A stretch of 63,918 nucleotides of DNA, the filler included, from Octopus bimaculoides (taxonomy: Eukaryota): NCBI RefSeq assembly GCF_001194135.2. It is 6 parts of 5 records of this genome, joined end to end, with 100 filler letters (N's around TTAATTAATTAA, not from the genome) between each part and the next. Parts side by side here need not be neighbours in the genome. Positions count along the whole stretch, not along the records: positions 42,787 to 57,418 come from NC_069007.1; positions 57,519 to 60,326 come from NC_068984.1; positions 60,427 to 62,372 come from NW_026313744.1; positions 62,473 to 63,918 come from NC_068981.1; 2 more parts are not named here. One strand, written 5' to 3'. The notes under the pieces are model-generated. The model was not told the origin of the DNA, ran no database searches, and saw only the letters and a program-made list of their open reading frames with translations. The stretch's first letter is position 1. The number at the start of each line of letters is the position of its first letter. The translations under genes were made by a program, and so were the position numbers. Shown here in pieces: positions 55,036-63,918 of the stretch.

Positions 55036-56394
55036 ATTCAGAGACCCCTACTATTAGAACGCCATAATACTGTGGTATTCGTCTTGAGAAAGCATCTCAT
55101 AGTGCTAAAAGGCACAGAAATATCAAAAACGGGTCAAAAATATTCTTCTGTATATTTTAGCCCTTAACGAATATACGAGAAACCTCTCCGGGACGGATAC
55201 CACAGTTTTCTAGCTTTTGCCAAGGTATCCACGTTAGGTAGGATATACAGAATGCTCGTTCGTTTACGTTTTTACGATGGTAGGTTGTGAGTGGAGAGAG
55301 CACTTGGCTGCTATTTCTAACGTGACGATGTAGCATGTGGAGGTTTCTTCTTCTCCCCGTCGACGTCCGTCGTTTGATGAGAGTACAAACAGTTTGTGAG
55401 ACAAGAGACAAGAGGCAAGAAGAGACAAGCTGCTTTGAATTAAGTTATCAGCAGTCAGAAACCAAATAAATAAGTAAATAAATAAATATGGCTCTCTCGC
55501 AATATATCATGTGACACCCGGCATTTCTCAAGCAAAAAAATGACATTAAAAATCGAAAAGAAAAAAAGAAAACATATCGATAACAACCCTGAAAAAATCA
55601 ACATGACAACAACAACAACAACAACAACAAGCGTATGTTATAATTGCTTTATGGCAATCTTGTAAGAGAGAGCCGTCTTTAAATAAGATCTTCGTTTCGC
55701 TACTTCAAGTGTTATCTTTCCGCTTCCCTACCTCGCAAGTATCGTTTTCGAACGTTAAAATAACATCTTGTTTCCATCAGAGGCGCAAGCACAACCTTGT
55801 GTTTAAGAAGCCTGCATCGTAACCGCATGGTTCCGGATTCGATTTCACACCGCGGCATCTTGAGCATTTTTTTTTTTTTTCTTTTTTTGTTTTCTTTTCG
55901 TTTACTATATAGCCTCGAGTCACCCAGCTGAATCGTAATCTTCGAATGACAGAAATCCAACACTCACGCGCACACACACAAAATGTATATAAATATTAAA
56001 AAAAAAAAAAGAATAAAAATGGATTTTCTGACAATTTTTCCAATTCAATAACTAGATGTATATAAATAAACATCTAATTATTAAAGTGGGAGAATTATCA
56101 AAAATGTCATTTCTATTCATTTTCCAAATATATAATACTAAACCAAGGACATTCTATTTCTTATTCTACTATATATTANNNNNNNNNNNNNNNNNNNNNN
56201 NNNNNNNNNNNNNNNNNNNNATAGAATATGGAATATATAATATATAATACAAAAATGGATGGTACAATGAAATGAAGTATTGAATGTCTTATTGAATATA
56301 TGAAATATTGAGTGTTCAATATAAAGAATTAAATATATAAAGGCGAATACGTATTTTCAATACCTTGTGATATTCATCATGGCCTACGTCTGAC

Positions 56395-56439
<45 letters not shown>

Positions 56440-56540
56440 TAGTTTTAGGGAAAATAACCAAGTTTCAAGAACTCATCGATGAAAATCCACTATCACATAT
56501 AGAAAAATTAACAATTAAAAGCACAATAAATGACTATATA

Positions 56541-57355
56541 CTTCCTTAACTTTACAAATAAATGCATGAAATTTTGATACAATATAATGGAAATTAATAT
56601 GCACAAGTCAAATTTTGCAACACCACTACATCAGATATGAAAATGACATCACTTAAATGGCAGCCATTTTCGTCTTCACATGCCCGTGCTCTTTCCAGAA
56701 CTTGCACCATAACACCCTCAAGAGTTTTAGGCCCCACTTCTCTGTTTTCTCGATTGATGTTACCCTTCATTTGCCGTAGGGTCTCCGGTTTGTTGACGTA
56801 AACCCTCTCTTTCAGGTATCCCCACAAGAAAAATCCTGGCTAGTCAAGTCTGGGGAACATGAAGGTCAGTTGACATTGCCGTAGCGGGAGATTATTCTCT
56901 CTCCAAAGCGCTGCCGTCGCTACTGCATTGTTTCTTTTGCGCTATGAGCAGTTGCTCCATCTTGCTGGAACCATGTGTGAGGTCTACTTTGAATGGCCGG
57001 GCGCAAAAAGGTCTCAATCATGGATACCTGAAAGAGTAGGTTTATGTCAACAAACCGGAGACCCTGGTGCTGCTGAAGGGGAACATCAATAGAGAAATCA
57101 GAGAAGTGAGGTCTGAAACTCTTGAGGGTGTTATGGTGCAAGTTCTGGAATGAGCACGGGCGTACGAAGCCCAAAATGGCTGCCATTTAAGCGATGCCAT
57201 TTTTCAAATATGATATAGTGGTGTTATAAAATTTGACTTGTGCATATTAATTTCCGTTATGTCCTTTATATTGCATCATAATTTCATGCATTTATTTGTA
57301 ATGTTAAGGAAATTATTAAAAATTGAAACCCATTAGTGACTTTTGAGACATCCTG
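56541..57355. mobile_element. Tc3-like Tc1/mariner 3' region in fold-back (inverted duplicate) arrangement
   Basis: The minus strand encodes WFQQDGATAH...SPDLT...WGYLKERVYVNKPETL...LERARACEDENGCHL. The same WGYLK-to-3'UTR segment recurs on the plus strand at 57022-57311 and ends in ...gagacatcctg|TA. Confidence 0.85.
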
Positions 57356-57418
57356 TATATATATCGCGTTTGACTCTGGCCAGTTACTGGTAAGGAGTTG
57401 TGGACTTTCTATGTCTAT

Positions 57419-57518
57419 NNNNNNNNNNNNNNNNNNNNNNNNNNNNNNNNNNNNNNNNNNNNTTAATTAATTAANNNNNNNNNNNNNNNNNNNNNNNNNN
57501 NNNNNNNNNNNNNNNNNN
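57419..57518. other. Artificial scaffold linker
   Basis: 44 N + TTAATTAATTAA + 44 N. Confidence 0.95.
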
Positions 57519-57829
57519 CTCTTTTCTTTCTCCCTCTTCTTCTCTAATCACGTGAAAGCGTTACCGACGGGCTAAGTAACGGAATGACAATCAGAATTAT
57601 TATAAGATATTCTATTATATTAATGCGCGTGTATGTAATTATGTATATGTGTTCAGCCCCGAAAGGATAGGAAAAGGTGGTCCTCGAGAAAAACGAATTT
57701 GATTTTCGAGATCTGCGTCCCAAAGAGAAGGCCGTCCCTAAATAATAATGACAAATAGAATTTTCTGCGAGATATAATTCAACTTTTAGATTAATATCTC
57801 TCCCATTCTCTATTTATCATCATCAGTCT

Positions 57830-58004
57830 CTCTCTCTCTCTCTCTATTAATCACCTCTCTCTCTCTATTAATCACCTCTCTCTCTCTATTAATCACCTCT
57901 CTCTCTCTATTAATCACCTCTCTCTCTCTATTAATCACCTCTCTCTCTCTATTAATCACCTCTCTCTCTCTATTAATCATCTCTCTCTCTCTCTATTAAT
58001 CACC

Positions 58005-58030
<26 letters not shown>
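57830..58030. repeat. 21-bp minisatellite derived from (CT)n
   Basis: About 8 tandem copies of attaatcacctctctctctct. Confidence 0.9.
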
Positions 58031-58045
<15 letters not shown>

Positions 58046-58539
58046 TACACACACACATACATACACACACACTCTCTCTCTGTATTTGTATTATCTCTAA
58101 CGCATTGCTTTCATTTTCTTTAAAACCTCGTCTTGTGATGTTTACTCTCATCTTATCACAGCGATTACGCACAAGTCCTGATTTCTGATTGGGTAAAAAA
58201 AATGACCAAACTTTAAAAAACTCTAACATTTTTCTAGTTCAAATTCTGTTTATGCAAGTTTTAACTTTCATTCTTTCAAGGCCAGTAAAATAAAGAACCA
58301 GTCAAATACCGGGGTCAGCTTATATTTTTATGCAGCATTTGTGATGTGAATGGAATTACTGGAACGAAACTAGGATGTAACCCTACAGCAAGTGTCAGAA
58401 GAATGTGAAAAGATAGTCAAATTAAAACACGACACAGAGGAAATTGAACGTAAAGATTGTTTTCCAAGTAAAGTAAGTGCGAAATAGTCAGAATAAAGAT
58501 AAAGTGTTTTCTAAAAAACATGAGAAAAATCAGGAATTT

Positions 58540-59815
58540 TTGCAAGAAAAATTGCCCACAATAAAAAGTAAACATTGTTCAAAAGTAGATGTTCTGTGGT
58601 CGAGACTACGCATCGACGTTGCTGGTCCTTTAAACGCTTATTACTACTTAGTGATGTGGAGGCGCAATGGCCCAGTGGTTAGAGCAGCGGTCATAGGATC
58701 GCGGTTTCGATTCCTAGACCGGGCGTTGTGAGTGTTTATTGAGCGAAAACACCTAAAGCTCCACGAGGCTCCGGCAGGGGATGGTGGCGAACCCTGCTGT
58801 ACTCTTTCACCACAACTTTCTCTCACTCTTACTCCCTGTTTCTGTTGTGCCTGTAATTCAAAGGGTCAGCCTTGTCACACTGTGTCACGCTGAATATCCC
58901 CGAGAACTACGTTAAGGGTACACGTGTCTGTGGAGTGCTCAGCCACTTGCACGTTAATTTCACGAGCAGGCTGTTCCGTTGATTGGATCAACTGGAACCC
59001 TCGACGCCGTAAGCGACGGAGTGCCAACAATTACTTAGTGGTAGTTGATAGTTTCTCGAAATGGCCTGAAATTTGTACATGTTAAAAACCAACTTCCTCA
59101 ACTGTGATAAATTTTTTACACGGATTGCTTGCAAGATGTGGCATCCGAGACAAGATAGCGTCTAACTATGGAAAGCAATTTGTGTCTAGCGAATTTTAAG
59201 AGTTTTGTGAAACGTTCGCGATAGAACATGTAACTACTGCGCCATGCCATCCCAGATCTAACGGACAGGCAGAATGCTTCGTCGACACCTTCAAAAGATC
59301 CCTTAGAAAATCGAATAAGGAAGTCACAGATGAGGTAGCTCTACAATAATTTCTTAGAGTGTACCGTGTGATACCAAATCCGAATACACCAGCAGGTAGC
59401 TCACCAGCGGAGCTGATGTTTGCAAGGGAAGTAAAACCAGTCTTTGATAAATTGCTACCTGGCAAGAAAAGAAAAAGTGCCAGGGAAGATTCTTTAAAGT
59501 TGGCGAAAAGGTGTATATGACGGCAAATAAGAATGAAAAGCAGAGTTGAGAAGGTGGTGTAATTACCAAATGCATAGGTAAAAATGATGTATTGGGTAAA
59601 AAGTAGAAAAAGGCATACAAAAGAGACATAGGAAGCAACTGAAAAAGAGATTCGTGGAAAGCGAACCAAAGATGTTGGAGGAACCGATGGAATGGTCGTA
59701 CGATATGTTCCAAGTACCAACGCCACCGCAGGTGATTGAATCTAAGCGTACACGAGAGAGGAAAAGAAAACACACAGAGTTCCTGAAAAGAGATGCCAAG
59801 CGCAAAAAATATTAA
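58540..59815 (+). mobile_element. Gypsy/Ty3 LTR retrotransposon pol 3' part (integrase), decayed, interrupted by a SINE
   Basis: WSRLRIDVAGPLNAYYYLV|VVDSFSKWPEI...IASNYGKQFVSSEF*EFCETFAIEHVTTAPCHPRSNGQAECFVDTFKRSL...SPAELMFAR gives the rve core motifs. A basic C-terminal tail ends ...DAKRKKY*. Confidence 0.9.
58654..59031 (+). mobile_element. tRNA-derived SINE (family M), full-length, with 9-bp TSD
   Basis: The head ggcgcaatggcccagtggttagagc...ggtttcgattcc has A/B-box-like motifs. It is flanked by TACTTAGTG at 58645-58653 and 59032-59040. Removing it restores the integrase reading YYYLV-VVDS. Confidence 0.9.
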
Positions 59816-59913
59816 ATTGTACGAAAAAAACTCAAAAAAAGGGAGGCGGGGTGAATAAAACAAATTATTGCTAAATAAAATGATACTTTCTAAGAAAAAC
59901 TTAAAAGGGGAGA

Positions 59914-60240
59914 TGTAGGAAATTAATAATTGTAGTAACGGCTGCGCATGCGTAGAATTAAACAAGCAAGCGTTTCCCGCTCAATTCATTCTCTTTCTCG
60001 CTGGCCAGCGATTGAGCATGGACGTGTGTTTAAAGCTGTCTCTACATCTTTCGGTCTTATACTCGACAGCTCGTTATTCTCACCTCTAAAGATGTATAAC
60101 TAAAGATTTGTATGTTTTACCAAGTAAATAAATGTTGTTTAAGTTGTTTAGTCTGGAGTTCAGCGTTCCGTCTATTTCTTTAATTTTATAGTAAAAAGTC
60201 AGGTATACAATCTAAAGATGTATAACCCACTTTCTACTAA
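59914..60240 (+). mobile_element. Gypsy LTR (about 325 bp)
   Basis: It begins TGTAG directly after a polypurine tract (aaaaggggaga, 59903-59913). It ends ...ctactaa, a degenerate CTACA, just before a PBS-like sequence. Confidence 0.7.
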
Positions 60241-60242
60241 AG

Positions 60243-60257
60243 TGGTGACCTCCGACG
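60243..60257 (+). other. Primer-binding site (tRNA-Trp-like)
   Basis: TGGTGACCTCCGACG resembles the complement of the eukaryotic tRNA-Trp 3' end (TGGTGACCCCGACG) with one extra T. The tRNA sequence is from recall. Confidence 0.6.
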
Positions 60258-60326
60258 AAGAAAAAACGCAGCATGAACTACGGATTACCAACTTATAACT
60301 GGTGAACCTCGACTAAAGAACAAATA

Positions 60327-60426
60327 NNNNNNNNNNNNNNNNNNNNNNNNNNNNNNNNNNNNNNNNNNNNTTAATTAATTAANNNNNNNNNNNNNNNNNN
60401 NNNNNNNNNNNNNNNNNNNNNNNNNN
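60327..60426. other. Artificial scaffold linker
   Basis: 44 N + TTAATTAATTAA + 44 N. Confidence 0.95.
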
Positions 60427-60427
60427 G

Positions 60428-60830
60428 GCGCAGGAGTGGCTGTGTGGTAACTAGCTTGCTTATCAACCACATGGTTCCGGGTTCAGTTCCTCTGCGTGTC
60501 ACTTTGGGCAAGTCTCTTCTACTATAGCCTTGGACCCACCAAAGCCTTGTGAGTGGATTTGGTAGACGGACACTGAAAGAAGCCCGTCGTATATATGTAT
60601 ATGTTTATATATATGTGTGTGTGTGTTTGTCCTCCCAACATCGCTTGACAACTGATACTGGTGTGTTTACGTCCCCGTAACTTAGCGGTTCGGCAAAAAG
60701 AGACCGATAGAATAAGTACTAGGCTTACAAAAAGTAAGTCCTGGAGTCGATTTTCTCGACTAAAGGCGGTGCTCCAGCATGGCCACAGTCAAATGACTGA
60801 AACAAGTAAAAGAGTAAAAGAGTATGTACT
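60428..60830 (+). mobile_element. tRNA-derived SINE family A (OK/OR-type octopus SINE-like), well-preserved copy
   Basis: Head ggcgcaggagtggctgtgtggtaa...ggttccgggttcagt, an internal (TA)n/(TG)n tract, and tail ...ctccagcatggccacagtcaaatgactgaaacaagtaaaagag. More than 10 related copies occur in the window. The family name is inferred. Confidence 0.85.
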
Positions 60831-61916
60831 TCAAAACATATGGAGAAGATTCAACTTATGTATTGGAAATGAAGAACGACACTTTCTTATAACTCCTCTT
60901 ATAAAGTTTCTTTTAAAGTCTTGTAAAGTCTAATGTATTCCTTCGTAGTCTTATGCCATCTTAGAAAGATTTAGTTTGCAATAAAANNNNNNNNNNNNNN
61001 NNNNNNNNNNNNNNNNNNNNNNNNNNNNNNNNNNNNNNNNNNNNNNNNNNNNNNNNNNNNNNNNNNNNNNNNNNNNNNNNNNNNNNNNNNNNNNNNNNNN
61101 NNNNNNNNNNNNNNNNNNNNNNNNNNNNNNNNNNNNNNNNNNNNNNNNNNNNNNNNNNNNNNNNNNNNNNNNNNNNNNNNNNNNNNNNNNNNNNNNNNNN
61201 NNNNNNNNNNNNNNNNNNNNNNNNNNNNNNNNNNNNNNNNNNNNNNNNNNNNNNNNNNNNNNNNNNNNNNNNNNNNNNNNNNNNNNNNNNNNNNNNNNNN
61301 NNNNNNNNNNNNNNNNNNNNNNNNNNNNNNNNNNNNNNNNNNNNNNNNNNNNNNNNNNNNNNNNNNNNNNNNNNNNNNNNNNNNNNNNNNNNNNNNNNNN
61401 NNNNNNNNNNNNNNNNNNNNNNNNNNNNNNNNNNNNNNNNNNNNNNNNNNNNNNNNNNNNNNNNNNNNNNNNNNNNNNNNNNNNNNNNNNNNNNNNNNNN
61501 NNNNNNNNNNNNNNNNNNNNNNNNNNNNNNNNNNNNNNNNNNNNNNNNNNNNNNNNNNNNNNNNNNNNNNNNNNNNNNNNNNNNNNNNNNNNNNNNNNNN
61601 NNNNNNNNNNNNNNNNNNNNNNNNNNNNNNNNNNNNNNNNNNNNNNNNNNNNNNNNNNNNNNNNNNNNNNNNNNNNNNNNNNNNNNNNNNNNNNNNNNNN
61701 NNNNNNNNNNNNNNNNNNNNNNNNNNNNNNNNNNNNNNNNNNNNNNNNNNNNNNNNNNNNNNNNNNNNNNNNNNNNNNNNNNNNNNNNNNNNNNNNNNNN
61801 NNNNNNNNNNNNNNNNNNNNNNNNNNNNNNNNNNNNNNNNNNNNNNNNNNNNNNNNNNNNNNNNNNNNNNNNNNNNNNNNNNNNNNNNNNNNNNNNNNNN
61901 NNNNNNNNNNNNNNNN

Positions 61917-62260
61917 ATTTATATATGTATATATTTGTATATGTATGTATATATGTATGTATATATATACATATATATGTAAGTATATATATGTATGTAT
62001 TCATGTATGTATGTATGTGTGTATATATATATATGTATATATATATGTACATACACATGTATACATATATATGCACACATACATTGTGTATATACATATT
62101 CACACAACTATAGACATATTCTCAAGAAAATTCATATTAATGTATATGTATGTATTTGCCTGTTTGTATATGTATATGTATGTATATATGTGTATGTGTG
62201 TCTGTATGCTTATACAAAAACATTTACATATTCATAAACGTATATAATACACACATACAT
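61917..62260. repeat. (TA/TG/CA) low-complexity tract
   Basis: Degenerate dinucleotide repeats. A similar tract occupies 63655-63918. Confidence 0.9.
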
Positions 62261-62372
62261 GTACGAAGACGTATACACACAAATGCACAAAGTATTTATC
62301 GCCATTATCGAAAGCGGTTCCCCAAAGAGAGACATTCAGCTGGCGCCAAGACTTAACCCTGTATTTGCACAT

Positions 62373-62472
62373 NNNNNNNNNNNNNNNNNNNNNNNNNNNN
62401 NNNNNNNNNNNNNNNNTTAATTAATTAANNNNNNNNNNNNNNNNNNNNNNNNNNNNNNNNNNNNNNNNNNNN
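62373..62472. other. Artificial scaffold linker
   Basis: 44 N + TTAATTAATTAA + 44 N. Confidence 0.95.
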
Positions 62473-62496
62473 ATATATATATATATATATATATAG

Positions 62497-62530
<34 letters not shown>

Positions 62531-62877
62531 TAAATCTCATATACACAAACGCACACACACACACATACACACATTGCATGCTTGTTTAATAAGTCTCTAC
62601 AGTTCTTACACCAAATATGCATTGAATGAATGAATGAATGAAAGTCTCAGACACTATTTGTAGAATGAAAGTATTTATGAAGCTTAATAGCATTAATGTA
62701 CTTATACATACACACAGCATGTATGTTTATTGTTTAGTATGTTTTGTAAAAAGAAACAAAAACGTCAAACACTTGCTATATTCTGCTGTTGGAGGTATGT
62801 CCTGTCTGATGTATGTTTGCCAAACATTTGTTTGAAACAAATGTGAATATCAAGACAATGAGAAGAATTTTCTTGAC

Positions 62878-63622
62878 AACACAGGAGTGGCTGTGTGATA
62901 AGAAACTTGCTTTCCAACCACTTGGTAGCCTCAAGTCAATCAAAGCATTGTAAGTGGATTTGGTAGCCAGACTGAAATAAGTCCATTGTGTGTGTGTCTA
63001 TGTTTGTCCCTGCTTAACGCTTGATAACTGATATTGGTGTGTTTATGTCTCAGTAACTTAGCACTTCAGCAAAGGAGACAGAATAAATACCAGGCTTTAA
63101 AGAAAAAAGATAGGGAGAAGCACTGGGGTTCATTTGGCTAAAATTCTTCAAGGCGGTGCCCCAGCATAGCTGCAGTCTGATGACTGCGACAAGTGTATAA
63201 TAAAAGCTAAAGAATTTTATGTAAAAGTCAACCAAAAGGTCTATAGAAAGAAGTTTTGATTCACAGGCACAGGCATGGCTGTTAGTAAGAAGCTTGCTTC
63301 CCAGCCATATAGTTCTGGGCTCAGTCCCACTGTGTAACACCTTGGGAAAGTGCCTTCTACTATAGCCTTGAGCCAACCGAAGCCTTCTGAGTAGATTTGG
63401 TAGACAGAAACTGTAAGAAGTGCATCGTATATGTGTGTGTATTTGTGTGTCTGTGTTTGTCCCCCCACCTTTGCTTGACAACTGATGTTGGTATGTTTAC
63501 ATCCCCGTAACTTAGCAGTTTGGCAAAAGAACCAATAGAATAAGTACTAGTTGATTTGTTTGACACAAGGCAGTGCTCCAGCATGGCCACAGTCAAGTGA
63601 CTGAAACAAGTAAAAGAGTAAA
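62878..63622 (+). mobile_element. Two adjacent SINE family A copies
   Basis: Heads at about 62880 and 63268, each followed by the family A body and tail. Confidence 0.8.
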
Positions 63623-63918
63623 AATATGTAATGTTCGCTAAATACTTGATGAACCCATATATATATATATATGTATATGTGTATATATATCCTATGTATG
63701 TATATCATATGTATATATATTGTATGTGTGTATATCATATGTATGTATATTGTATGTATATCATATGTATATATATTGTATGTATATCATGTATATATAT
63801 CATATGTATATATATTATATGTATATATATATATCATATGTATATATATTATATGTATATATATATATTATATTTATATATATCATATGTATATATATAG
63901 TATATGTATATATATCAT

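Noticed and set aside
58660-58720. tRNA genes at SINE heads (also at 48770-48820 and 60428-60500)
   Set aside because: They have A/B-box-like motifs but no complete cloverleaf, and they continue into SINE bodies with TSDs.

Overview
Repeat-dense, AT-rich animal genomic DNA. The SINE/RTE families and extreme microsatellite density suggest a cephalopod (Octopus-like); this is inference. The window is a concatenation of six assembly pieces joined by five artificial 100-bp linkers (44N-TTAATTAATTAA-44N), so adjacency across linkers is unproven. The only supportable host coding sequence is two minus-strand exons of a Polo-like kinase with PLK2/3-like features (38603-38719 and 23031-23248), joined in frame across a 15.35-kb intron. 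I could not find the flanking exons. The rest is mostly transposon-derived: a full-length decayed mariner (1287 bp, TIRs, TA TSD), maT-, Tc1- and Tc3-like fragments, a Gypsy integrase with PPT-LTR-PBS, RTE, R4/Dong-like and Tx1-like LINE remnants, several tRNA-type SINE families, MITEs, and mini- and microsatellites. The most interesting observations are a Penelope-type minimal hammerhead ribozyme candidate inside the PLK intron, a 59-nt pre-miRNA-sized hairpin, a fold-back transposon, an LTR flanked by both PPT and PBS, serial SINE insertion at one target, (TAA)n landing pads, and a regional CpG-decay contrast. I found no evidence for a novel multi-gene system.
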